64,000 bases of DNA from Minisyncoccota bacterium. GTDB lineage: Bacteria > Patescibacteriota > Minisyncoccia > UBA6257 > 2-01-FULL-56-20. The stretch lies in assembly GCA_036266715.1 (NCBI GenBank), contig DATAXS010000006.1:1757-65756 (forward strand), written 5' to 3'. The notes under the pieces were generated by a model. It made no database searches. It was not told where the DNA came from and worked only from the letters and a program-made list of their open reading frames with translations. Shown piece after piece: positions 43,824 through 52,633 of this stretch (positions within the stretch are counted from its first letter, which is position 1; every line of letters starts with the position of its first letter). A program made the translations under genes and the position numbers.

Positions 43824-44861
43824 TTATTCCTCCGTGGCGGACTTTGCGCTTTCCTTGCCGTGCGGCTTTTGCGCGCCGCCCTTGCCCATTGCGTGCGAGT
43901 CCACTTCGTAGCTCGTGTTCTGCGCTTCAAAGAAATTGACGAGCTCAAAGACATCGGTTGCGCCGCTCATCCACTTTGCCGGGTTCTTGGCGCCATAGTG
44001 CGCCTTCATGCCGAGTTCTTCCAGGCGGCGGTCGGCCACGTACTGCACATATTGGTTTACGTAATCGGCGTTCAAGCCGAGGATGCCGCGCGGGAAAAGA
44101 TCTTTGTTGTAGGCATTCTCAAGGTCAACGCCTTCAATGATGATATTGCGGATCTCGTCGGCGAAGTCCTTCGTGAGCAGGTCGGGATTTTCTTCCAGAA
44201 TGTTCTGGATGAGGTTCATGCCGAACTTGAGGTGGAGCGATTCGTCGCGGATGACCCAGTTGATCATGGAACCGAAGTTGCGGAGCTGGTTCCGCTGGCG
44301 GAACGAGAGCACCACCATGAAGCCGCTGTAAAACCAGATGCCTTCCATGACGAGATTTGTGGCCACAAGGTTGCGGATGAAATCCTTTTTGCCTTCGGTG
44401 GAGGCAATATCAAGCGTGTCTTCCGTCATGCGCTTCATGTAGCGGTTGATGTAGTTTTCCTTCGCCTTCATGGACGGCGTTTCAAGGTGGAGATTAAACA
44501 CGTTCGTGCGGTCCAAGGGGAAGGTTTCCAAAACATATTCAAACGCCACGCAGTGGTTGGCCTCTTCCCACATCTGCTTTGCAAGATAGAGGTGGCACTC
44601 GGGGGACTTGAGGTAGGGATAAATGCCGAGCGCAATGGAGCGGTTCACGATGAGCTCGCCCGGATTAAAGAACGCCATCAGGAACTTTACGGCGTGGCGT
44701 TCGTCTTCCGTCATCTTTTCCCAGTCGTAGAGATCTTCTTTGAGCGCGATCTCGTGCGGGAACCACGTGTTGCGAACCGCCTGCTGGTAGAGGTCATACG
44801 CCCACTGATATTGAATTGGATGGAGGTTCATGTCCTCCGGGGAGGCTTTTCCTATCAACAT
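43824..44861 (-). CDS. nrdB: class I ribonucleotide reductase small subunit
   Basis: Di-iron ligand motifs 'EEANHCVAFEYV' and 'IRDESLHLKFG', plus 'GIWFYSGF'. Confidence 0.9.
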   Translation of the reverse strand: MLIGKASPEDMNLHPIQYQWAYDLYQQAVRNTWFPHEIALKEDLYDWEKMTEDERHAVKFLMAFFNPGELIVNRSIALGIYPYLKSPECHLYLAKQMWEEANHCVAFEYVLETFPLDRTNVFNLHLETPSMKAKENYINRYMKRMTEDTLDIASTEGKKDFIRNLVATNLVMEGIWFYSGFMVVLSFRQRNQLRNFGSMINWVIRDESLHLKFGMNLIQNILEENPDLLTKDFADEIRNIIIEGVDLENAYNKDLFPRGILGLNADYVNQYVQYVADRRLEELGMKAHYGAKNPAKWMSGATDVFELVNFFEAQNTSYEVDSHAMGKGGAQKPHGKESAKSATEE

Positions 44862-44903
44862 AGTACATCTATTATACGCGACGAAGTGGCAAGGTCAACC
44901 GCC

Positions 44904-47591
44904 TTATTGGCAACTGTCGCAGAGATTGTCCAACATAGGGTCGGACGGCGGGAGGATCTTGAACTCCGCCTGTGGTTGCGGTGTCTGAATCTTTCTTTCT
45001 ACCTGCTCCATTTGCCTCGGGGCGAGTGCGGGAGTGATGCGTAGTTCTTCGGGAAGGCTGGCCTTTGCCATGAATGGCGTAGCCGTCGCGCCGGAAGTGT
45101 CTGCTTTTGCGAATGCGGCCATAGCTTCTGATTTTGCAACGGGAGAGGATACTTCCACGCGCACCTCTTCGTTCATGGATGCCGCCATGGAGACCGGTTC
45201 GGTGACTCCTGATTCCAAGACCGCGGCAAATCCGCGCTTGCCGAGTTTTTCCGCTTTGTTCACGCGCACGGTGCTTTGCTCGGCCGTGTGGCGCGGCTTC
45301 ATGTGCAGGTAGTAGGTGCTCTTCAATCCTTTTTTCCACGCGTTCATGTAGATGTTCATCGTTTCGTCTATGTCGCGCGTTTCAAGGTACATGTTGCGGG
45401 AGAGCGCCTGGTCAACCCATTTCTGCGCGCGGGCGGCGACTTCAATGAATGCGTAGGGAGAAGTGCTGAAAGAAGTTTTGTATACCGCCTTGATGTGGTC
45501 CGGGATCTCATCAAGGTTCGCAATGTCGCCCTGCTCGGCGATTATCTTCTCGCGCACCTTTTCCCAGATACCCATGTTTTTGAGGTCGTTCACGAGATTG
45601 TGGTTGAGGTCAAGATACTTCCCGGAGATCTTGTTGCGGGAAAAGACCTGCGCGAAGCGGGGATCAATGCCGGGCGTTGTGCCCGCCACAAGGCCGATGT
45701 TTGCGTTCGGCGCCACGGCCATGAGCGTCGCGTTCCGCATCCCTTTCTTTGCCTTGGCGCGGAGACCTTCCCAATTCAATCCTTTGTAGTGGCTCGTCTT
45801 GTCGAGATCGAGCGGTTCGCGACGGTCCGCTTCCAAAACTTTTATGGTGTCCATCGGTACCATGCCCTTGGACCAGCCGGAACCGTTAAAGTTGGCGTAG
45901 CTCCCGCGTTCTTGCGCAAGGTTCGCGCTCTCGTCTATCGCCACGTAGCTCACGAATTCAAATATCCTGTCGGCGAAGTCCCATGCGTGCACGCTGTCAT
46001 ACGCCATGCCGAGCTGTTCCAAAACGTCGGCAAAGCCCATGATGCCCATGCCGATCGCGCGGTTCGCCTGGTCTGAGTGCGTCGCTTCGGGGATGGGGAG
46101 AATATTGATATCAATAAGGTTGTCCAACTGCCGGACGGCAAAGCGGACGCTTTCTTCCAGCCGTTCCCAGTTCATTTGCTTGTGATTCAGGTGCGCGGCA
46201 AGGTTCAAAGAGGCGAGGTTGCATACGGCGATATTGTCCTTGTCTTGGGGGAGCATGATCTCTGTGCAGAGGTTGGACATGTGGATGGTGCCCGTATTGT
46301 TATTGAGCGCGCGGAGGTTCGCGGAATCCTTCCAGGTGAGCCAGGGGTGCGACGTGGACTGCAATGCGGCAAGGATCTGGCGGTACTGCTCTTCCGCGGG
46401 AACCTTTTTGAAGACCCGGAGCTCGCCTGCCTCCGCCATCTTTATATATTCCGCATAGCGCTCGCTAAACTTTCTACCATAGAGCTCCACGAGGTCGGGT
46501 GTTTCCTTGGGGTCAAACATGTACCACGTCTCGTGGTTTTCCACGCGGCGCATGAACTCGTCCGTCATAAAGACCGACGTGTCGGCCGTGCGCATGCGGA
46601 GGTAATCGTCGCCCGCATTGTGCTTCCAATCAATGAACTCGGGGAAATCAATATGCCAGTTCTCCATGTAGAAACAGAGCGCGCCTTTTTTCTTTCCGCC
46701 GCGTTGGACGGCGCGGATGGCGGTATCAATTATTTTTGCAAAAGGCGTGGGGCCGCTGGACGGAGTGTTGTTGGAAGAAAGGGGAGAACCCGTGGCGCGG
46801 AGCTTGGTGACCGAGGCGCCGATGCCGCCGGACGCTTTGGAAAGCATGATCACATCCGCAACGGTCTTTGCGATGTGGGTCATGTCGTCTTCGATCTGAA
46901 TAAGAAAGCAGTTGGACAAGCTCGGACGCGTGGTGCCCGCACCGATATTGGTGGAGCCGCCCGGAACATATTCCAATCGCGACATTTTGTCGTAGAAGCG
47001 CTTCGCCCAGAGCGTAGGAGTTTTTTCGTTGTAGGAAAGTCCCATCGCGCAGCGCATGAAGAAATATTGCGGCGTCTCCGCGGCTTCCTCGCCCTTGCCC
47101 TTCAGTGAATAGCGGTGGAGGAGCGTGGAGAGTCCGCTGTAGACGAAAAGTTCGTCGCGTTCAATGTCCATGGCGGTCGCGAGTTCCTTCAAATTGAACT
47201 TTTCAAGCATCCGGGGGTCAAGCAATCCGTTTTCTACGCCGCGCTTTACCCAATTAGGGAACTCATCGCGGTGCTTCTTGCGCAAATTCTCATCGCGGTT
47301 GTTGTATTCGCCCAAAACCTTCTTATATACGGTCTTCAAAAGGAGCCGCGTGGCCACTTTATCGTACGCAATATCCTCTTTTATGTTCTGGACGGCGGCA
47401 TTGATGGTCGCCTGGTCCATTTCCTCGGTCGTAATGCCATCGTAGAGCGTGAGGCGCGTCTCCGTCGCGATCTGCGTCACCATACTGATGGGGTCCTCGA
47501 GTCCCTGGCACGCGCGTTCAATGGAGCGGTTGATGAGGTCCGCGTTAAAAGGTTCTTTGGTGCCGTCGCGCTTGGTGATGGTGAGCTCCAT
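44904..47591 (-). CDS. nrdA: class I ribonucleotide reductase large subunit with ATP-cone and a long C-terminal linker
   Basis: ATP-cone 'ITKRDGTKEPFNADLINRSIERAC'. Active-site loop 'SNLCTEIMLP'. 'GLKSTYY'. Terminal redox pair 'CDSCQ'. Confidence 0.9.
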   Translation of the reverse strand: MELTITKRDGTKEPFNADLINRSIERACQGLEDPISMVTQIATETRLTLYDGITTEEMDQATINAAVQNIKEDIAYDKVATRLLLKTVYKKVLGEYNNRDENLRKKHRDEFPNWVKRGVENGLLDPRMLEKFNLKELATAMDIERDELFVYSGLSTLLHRYSLKGKGEEAAETPQYFFMRCAMGLSYNEKTPTLWAKRFYDKMSRLEYVPGGSTNIGAGTTRPSLSNCFLIQIEDDMTHIAKTVADVIMLSKASGGIGASVTKLRATGSPLSSNNTPSSGPTPFAKIIDTAIRAVQRGGKKKGALCFYMENWHIDFPEFIDWKHNAGDDYLRMRTADTSVFMTDEFMRRVENHETWYMFDPKETPDLVELYGRKFSERYAEYIKMAEAGELRVFKKVPAEEQYRQILAALQSTSHPWLTWKDSANLRALNNNTGTIHMSNLCTEIMLPQDKDNIAVCNLASLNLAAHLNHKQMNWERLEESVRFAVRQLDNLIDINILPIPEATHSDQANRAIGMGIMGFADVLEQLGMAYDSVHAWDFADRIFEFVSYVAIDESANLAQERGSYANFNGSGWSKGMVPMDTIKVLEADRREPLDLDKTSHYKGLNWEGLRAKAKKGMRNATLMAVAPNANIGLVAGTTPGIDPRFAQVFSRNKISGKYLDLNHNLVNDLKNMGIWEKVREKIIAEQGDIANLDEIPDHIKAVYKTSFSTSPYAFIEVAARAQKWVDQALSRNMYLETRDIDETMNIYMNAWKKGLKSTYYLHMKPRHTAEQSTVRVNKAEKLGKRGFAAVLESGVTEPVSMAASMNEEVRVEVSSPVAKSEAMAAFAKADTSGATATPFMAKASLPEELRITPALAPRQMEQVERKIQTPQPQAEFKILPPSDPMLDNLCDSCQ

Positions 47592-47881
47592 AGGTTTATT
47601 TTTATTTAATGTTTTCCGGGTACGTTCAGTATATCACTCGGATATATTAAAAAATCGTGAAAACTGTGCATATCTTTTATTTTTTGGGCGCATATTTGGC
47701 ACGTGCGGAAAACCCGCGATTTTGCGCAGAAAAAAGGTGCGAAACGCATTACGAGAGTGATTTTTTGTGACAAAGGCAAGGGCTTCGGGACTTGACTCCG
47801 TATTGCGCGGCGCTTTTTAAGATAGTTTTAATGGCCGATGTGCTATGGTTGCTCTGCGCGAAAAAGAAAATCGGCGCGCAC

Positions 47882-49633
47882 ATGCAGGAAAGCTTTAACA
47901 ATATGGAAAATAATTTTGATGAGGCGCCTTTGGCGCAGGAAAAATTAAAAAATAATAAAAAAACGGTCATCTACGCGCTCGTCGCGGGCATTTTTGCGGC
48001 TGCGACCGGGTATTACGTGGCATTTCCTGCCGGCGCGGACGATATTCTACAGCACAGCGCCGCAATTGCCGTGGCGTCATGGCAAAATGTGTTCGGCGGC
48101 GCACCGCCCGTCGATTCTTCGTGGGGAAACGAGCTTGCGGAGGGAGACGATGCGCCGTCGGGGACGATTGCGGACGACGGCGATGCCTCTTCCGCGGCGC
48201 AAGACGTGCTGAGCGGCACTAATTTCGGCCAGGGCGATAATGCGCCCGCAAAAAGTTCGCGCGTGACGGAAAAGAGCAGTCCCACTGCAAAGGCAACTCC
48301 CAAGGCAAGCGCCAAGACTTCGGCAAATATTTTGGCGAGCGGATCGTCTCCTGTCGGATCATTGTCGGCATCCTCACCCGCGCTATCATCATCGCCAACG
48401 CCAACGTTGCAGGCGGCCGCACCATCCCCACAACCTTCGTCACCGCCCGTGGTTGTACCCACGTGCACCGTTTCCGTTTCGGCAAATAGTTCCCACCAAA
48501 TTATTTTGAACGAGATTGCGTGGATGGGTTCGGTCGCCGCGGCGGAGGAAACCGCGAGTGCGGCGAGCGAGCGCGAATGGATGGAGCTTAAAAATATTTC
48601 CGGAAGTGCTGTGGATCTTTCCGAGTGGCAAATTTTGGATTCTTTGGGAAATATAAAATTTGTTTTTCCTTCCGGCGCGACGATCGGCGCAAACGGTTTT
48701 TATCTGCTCTCGCGCGGCGGGGATGCGGTGGCGGGCATTTCTCCGGACGCGGCCTACGTCGGCGGACTTTCTAACGGCGGCGATGTGCTGGAACTTTTTG
48801 ATGCCGCGTGCGCCGCCTCCGATCTTATTGACGCTTCGGCGGGATGGCCTGCGGGCAATAACACCACCAAGCAAACGCTCGAGCGCGATGCGGACGGCGT
48901 GGGGTGGCATACGAGCATTTCTCCCGGCGGCACGCCAAAGGCGGAAAATTCGGTTGTGATGACCCCTGCATCTTCGCCTGCGGCGAATATCGTGATAGAC
49001 CCGGTGCCGAGCGCCGCGCTTACTCCCACTCCAACGCCAACTCCTACCGATTCGCCCGTGCCCACGCCAGCGCCCGCGCCCGCAGCAGTTTCAATGTCGA
49101 CGCCCACCCCAGCGCCCATATCTACGCCCACGTCGACACCCACACCTGCTCGTACTTCTTCTGGTTCACCAAACCATCTCGTGATCGCTGCCGTCATGAT
49201 CGCTGGTGCTTCCTCAGCCAATGATTTTGTGAAGATATTCAATCCTACTGCCGCCGCGGTGGATGTGAGCGGGTGGAAGATCCATAAAAAGACGAGCACG
49301 GGAGGGGATGATTCATTGAGGGAGTTTGCGTCCGGAAGTTCGGTAGCACCCGGCGGTTATTTCACTTGGGCAAACTCGGCGGACGGATTCGGTGATGCAA
49401 CACACGCAAACGCAACGAGCACGGAAACGCTCGCGGCGGACAACAGCGTGGCGCTCTTTGATGCGAGCGGGACCCTTGTGGACGCGGTCGCGTGGGGAAC
49501 CGGCACAAACCAATATGTAGAAACGGCGGCGTATCCGACGGACCCTTTGGCAAATCAAACGCTCGCGCGAATATTTTTGAACGGCGCGATCGTGGACACC
49601 GATAATAATGCAAACGATTTTACTATCCAATAA
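47882..49633 (+). CDS. secreted protein with two lamin-tail domains (LTD) and Pro/Thr/Ser linkers
   Basis: TM anchor. LTD1 'IILNEIAWMGS...EWMELKNISGSAVDLSEWQI'. LTD2 'LVIAAVMIAGASSANDFVKIFNPTAAAVDVSGWKI'. Linker 'TPTPTPTPTDSPVPTPAPAPAA'. ATG 47882 preferred over TTG 47792. Confidence 0.7.
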   Translation: MQESFNNMENNFDEAPLAQEKLKNNKKTVIYALVAGIFAAATGYYVAFPAGADDILQHSAAIAVASWQNVFGGAPPVDSSWGNELAEGDDAPSGTIADDGDASSAAQDVLSGTNFGQGDNAPAKSSRVTEKSSPTAKATPKASAKTSANILASGSSPVGSLSASSPALSSSPTPTLQAAAPSPQPSSPPVVVPTCTVSVSANSSHQIILNEIAWMGSVAAAEETASAASEREWMELKNISGSAVDLSEWQILDSLGNIKFVFPSGATIGANGFYLLSRGGDAVAGISPDAAYVGGLSNGGDVLELFDAACAASDLIDASAGWPAGNNTTKQTLERDADGVGWHTSISPGGTPKAENSVVMTPASSPAANIVIDPVPSAALTPTPTPTPTDSPVPTPAPAPAAVSMSTPTPAPISTPTSTPTPARTSSGSPNHLVIAAVMIAGASSANDFVKIFNPTAAAVDVSGWKIHKKTSTGGDDSLREFASGSSVAPGGYFTWANSADGFGDATHANATSTETLAADNSVALFDASGTLVDAVAWGTGTNQYVETAAYPTDPLANQTLARIFLNGAIVDTDNNANDFTIQ

Positions 49634-49659
49634 TATGCCTGTGTGCTACGATATAAAAA

Positions 49660-50253
49660 ATGGCGCCAAAAGAGCACGGGAAGAAAAATATGCCGCTTAT
49701 ATTATTCATCGCAATCATCCTCCTCATTGTTGCGGGCATTTGGATCTACATTGTTATTTTTCACCGGGCAAATCCGCAGCTCACGCAGACGGCCGTCACG
49801 TTGCAGACAGCGGCTCCGTCCGGCGCACCATCTCCCACCGCCTCACCATCGGCGGCGGCGAGCGCTGGCGAAAATCCCACGCTTCCCGAGGAATCTCTCA
49901 GCATTGATAACGCCACATTCACCGTGGAGATCGCTTCAACGATGCTTGAACAGGCACGCGGACTTTCTTACCGTCCGAGCTTGGGCGCAAATGACGGGAT
50001 GTTGTTTGTGTTCGCAAGCGCGACGGTACAGAATTTTTGGATGCAGGGCATGAACTTTCCATTGGACATGATCTGGATCGGCGGCGGTAAAGTAGTGGGC
50101 TTCGCACAAGATGCAGTGCCCCAGCCGGGTGCGGCGCTTTGGAACCTTACTATATATAGTTCGCCCGACGGGACGGATAAGGTTTTGGAAGTAAATGCGG
50201 GGACGGTCGCCAAATACGACATAAAGGTGGGTGATACTGTAACAATAGGGTAA
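49660..50253 (+). CDS. DUF192 domain protein with N-terminal TM anchor
   Basis: 'ARGLSYRPSLGANDGMLFVF', 'FWMQGMNFPLDMIWI', 'VLEVNAGTVAKYDIKVGD'. Confidence 0.75.
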   Translation: MAPKEHGKKNMPLILFIAIILLIVAGIWIYIVIFHRANPQLTQTAVTLQTAAPSGAPSPTASPSAAASAGENPTLPEESLSIDNATFTVEIASTMLEQARGLSYRPSLGANDGMLFVFASATVQNFWMQGMNFPLDMIWIGGGKVVGFAQDAVPQPGAALWNLTIYSSPDGTDKVLEVNAGTVAKYDIKVGDTVTIG

Positions 50254-50303
50254 AGGGAGTTTTCCACTGGGAACGTGGGTGTGGAACCTATATAATAGAG
50301 GGA

Positions 50304-51347
50304 ATGGCAAAAGTACGAGTAGCGATCAATGGTTTTGGAAGGATTGGTCGCCTTTTCTTTAGGCAGGCATTCGACATGCCGGATGGCGGTTCAGATATTG
50401 AGATCGTGGCGATAAACGACCTCGGCGACGTGGAAAACCTTGCTTATCTCCTTAAATACGACTCGGTCTATGGCCGCTACGGCAAGGCGATCCAGGCAGA
50501 TATCGCAAATGGAAAGCTCATCGTGGGTGGCGCGGAGATCAAGTTCTTGCAGGTAAAGGACCCAACCCAGCTTCCATGGAAGGACCTCAATATAGATATA
50601 GTGGTGGAATCCACGGGTCTTTTTGATTCCTACGCGGCGTCCAAGGTGCATCTTGCGGCGGGGGCAAAGCGGGTCGTGATCACGGCGCCGGCAAAAGACG
50701 ACGACGGCGTGGATGGGCAGACGGTGCTCATGGGTGTGAACGACGACAATATGAAGACGTGCGCGATCACGTCCAACGGCTCGTGCACCACGAATTCGGC
50801 ATCACCCGTTATCCAGGTGCTTTCCGAAAATCCGGGCATCATAAAGGCGGCGCTTTCCACGGTCCACGCCTACACCGCAACCCAGGCACTGGTGGACGGT
50901 CCCATCCGCGGCGGCCATGATTTCCGCAAGGGCCGCGCGGCGGCGCGCAACACCGTTCCCGAAACCACGGGTGCGGCAATTTCCGTTGCGCGCGCGATCC
51001 CGGAGCTCAAAGGGAAATTTGATGGCGTCTCGTTCCGCGTGCCGAACATTACCGGTTCCATTTCCGACATCACGATCCTTGCAAAGCGGACGACGTCCGT
51101 AGAGGAGATAAACCAGATACTGACCGATGCCGCCGCGTCTCCGCGCTGGCAGGGGATTCTTAGAGTTACGCGCGACCAGCTCGTGTCGTCGGATATCGTG
51201 GGAGAACCGTACGGTGCCACGGTGCCGCTCGACCTTACTAAAGTAATTGATGGCGACTTTGTGAAAGTGCTTTCGTGGTACGACAACGAGGCGGGGTACG
51301 TGAGCACGCTCATTAAACATGTCCGAAAAGCCGCGAGCATGCTGTAG
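50304..51347 (+). CDS. gap: type I glyceraldehyde-3-phosphate dehydrogenase
   Basis: 'INGFGRIGR', active-site 'SNGSCTTNS', 'WYDNEAGY'. Confidence 0.9.
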   Translation: MAKVRVAINGFGRIGRLFFRQAFDMPDGGSDIEIVAINDLGDVENLAYLLKYDSVYGRYGKAIQADIANGKLIVGGAEIKFLQVKDPTQLPWKDLNIDIVVESTGLFDSYAASKVHLAAGAKRVVITAPAKDDDGVDGQTVLMGVNDDNMKTCAITSNGSCTTNSASPVIQVLSENPGIIKAALSTVHAYTATQALVDGPIRGGHDFRKGRAAARNTVPETTGAAISVARAIPELKGKFDGVSFRVPNITGSISDITILAKRTTSVEEINQILTDAAASPRWQGILRVTRDQLVSSDIVGEPYGATVPLDLTKVIDGDFVKVLSWYDNEAGYVSTLIKHVRKAASML

Positions 51348-51437
51348 AAATTTTCAATTATCAATTTTGCAATTTTCATTCAAAACACAATTTCCAAATG
51401 AAAATTTTCAAATGAAAAATTGTAAAATTACAAACAA
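51348..51437 (+). repeat. AT-rich intergenic cassette, copy 1 (upstream of rpiB)
   Basis: About 88 bp, nearly identical to 52545-52633 (a few mismatches seen by eye). Contains phased AATTTTCA motifs and a TAAAAT -10-like hexamer (51423-51428) 9 nt before the ATG. Confidence 0.8.
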
Positions 51438-51890
51438 ATGACTATTTACATCGGCGCCGATCACGGCGGATTCGCTCTTAAAGAAAAATTGAAGGCTGCG
51501 CTTAAGGATGAGGCGTATGACGTGGTGGACATGGGTGCCGCGGCGCGCGTGGAAGACGACGATTATCCGGATTACGCAACGGCCGTGGCAAAAAAGATCC
51601 AGGATGATCCGTTGAATGCGCGGGGTATCGTGATCTGCCGTTCCGGGTTCGGCGTGGACATTGTGGCGAATAAATATGATGGCGTGCGTGCAGCGCTCGC
51701 GACGTCACCGGAACACGCATACCAGGGCCGCCATGACGACGACGTGAACGTGCTCGCGCTCGCGGCGGACTTTATAGACGAAGCAGTGGCGATCAAGGCG
51801 GCAAAGGTATTCCTGATCACGCCTTTTGCAAAGGAGGACAAATATTCGCGCCGATTGGAGAAGATCGTGAAGATAGAAGCGACGAACTGA
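51438..51890 (+). CDS. rpiB: ribose-5-phosphate isomerase B
   Basis: 'IYIGADHGGFALKEKL', 'GIVICRSGFGVDIVANK', 'HDDDVNVLAL'. Confidence 0.9.
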   Translation: MTIYIGADHGGFALKEKLKAALKDEAYDVVDMGAAARVEDDDYPDYATAVAKKIQDDPLNARGIVICRSGFGVDIVANKYDGVRAALATSPEHAYQGRHDDDVNVLALAADFIDEAVAIKAAKVFLITPFAKEDKYSRRLEKIVKIEATN

Positions 51891-51896
51891 CGCGCC

Positions 51897-52538
51897 ATGG
51901 AGGTTATTCCCGTCATTAATTGTCCGGACGCCGCGTGCGCGCGGGAAAAGATAGAGACCTTGAAAAAATTTTTACCCGCTAACCGCTTTGTGCACCTTGA
52001 CGTGACGGACGGCATTTTTGCCGCGCATACGACGTGGAATGACCCGATGGGATGGAAGGGGCTTGGCGCGCCTTTTCAGCTTGAAGTGCATTTGATGGTG
52101 GAAGACCCGGGCGACGTGCTTGACGCGTGGCTCGCGGCGGGGATGAGGCGGTGCATTGTGCACGCGGAGGCCGTGCGGACGGCGGCCTGCCGCGCGCTCA
52201 TTGCGCAGTGCGCGGAAATGGGCGCGACGGTGATGCTTTCTTCCAACCCCGGCACGCCGGGCGCCGACCTCTTGCCCTATATCAAACTATTTTCCGCGTT
52301 CCAGGTCCTCTCTGTTGCGCCGGGCGCGGCGGGACAGGAATTTTTGGCATTTACGCTGGACAAAATATCGTTCATTCGCGCGAATGCGCCCGATGCTATA
52401 ATTGAAGTGGACGGGGGAATGAACCCCGATGCCGCATCTCTTGTGAAAAAGGCGGGTGCGGACGTCGTTGTTTCTTCCAATTATATTTTTAGCGCGAAGG
52501 ATCCAAAGGCGGCATACGAGGCATTGGAGCATGTCTAG
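51897..52538 (+). CDS. rpe: ribulose-phosphate 3-epimerase (divergent)
   Basis: 'VHLDVTDG', 'LEVHLMV', 'CIVHAEA', 'VLSVAPGAAGQEF', 'IEVDGG'. Confidence 0.75.
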   Translation: MEVIPVINCPDAACAREKIETLKKFLPANRFVHLDVTDGIFAAHTTWNDPMGWKGLGAPFQLEVHLMVEDPGDVLDAWLAAGMRRCIVHAEAVRTAACRALIAQCAEMGATVMLSSNPGTPGADLLPYIKLFSAFQVLSVAPGAAGQEFLAFTLDKISFIRANAPDAIIEVDGGMNPDAASLVKKAGADVVVSSNYIFSAKDPKAAYEALEHV

Positions 52539-52544
52539 CATCTT

Positions 52545-52633
52545 AATTTTCAATTATCAATTTTGCAATTTTCATTCAAGACACAATTTCCAAATGAAAA
52601 TTTTCAAATTGAAAATTGTAAAATTACAAACAA
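52545..52633 (+). repeat. AT-rich intergenic cassette, copy 2 (upstream of tktN)
   Basis: See copy 1. Ends in the same '...attgtaaaattacaaacaa' directly before the ATG. Confidence 0.8.

Noticed and set aside
43860-47609. Long plus-strand ORFs (43860..45044, 45276..46076, 46077..47108, 47115..47609)
   Set aside because: They are antisense shadows of nrdB and nrdA, which carry unambiguous RNR motifs on the minus strand. The plus-strand translations are Arg/His/Val-rich with no recognisable domains.
47592-47881. Possible NrdR boxes upstream of nrdA
   Set aside because: The region is AT-rich with some short ATAT-containing segments. I could not find a convincing 16-bp palindrome of the NrdR-box type, and no nrdR gene is in the window.
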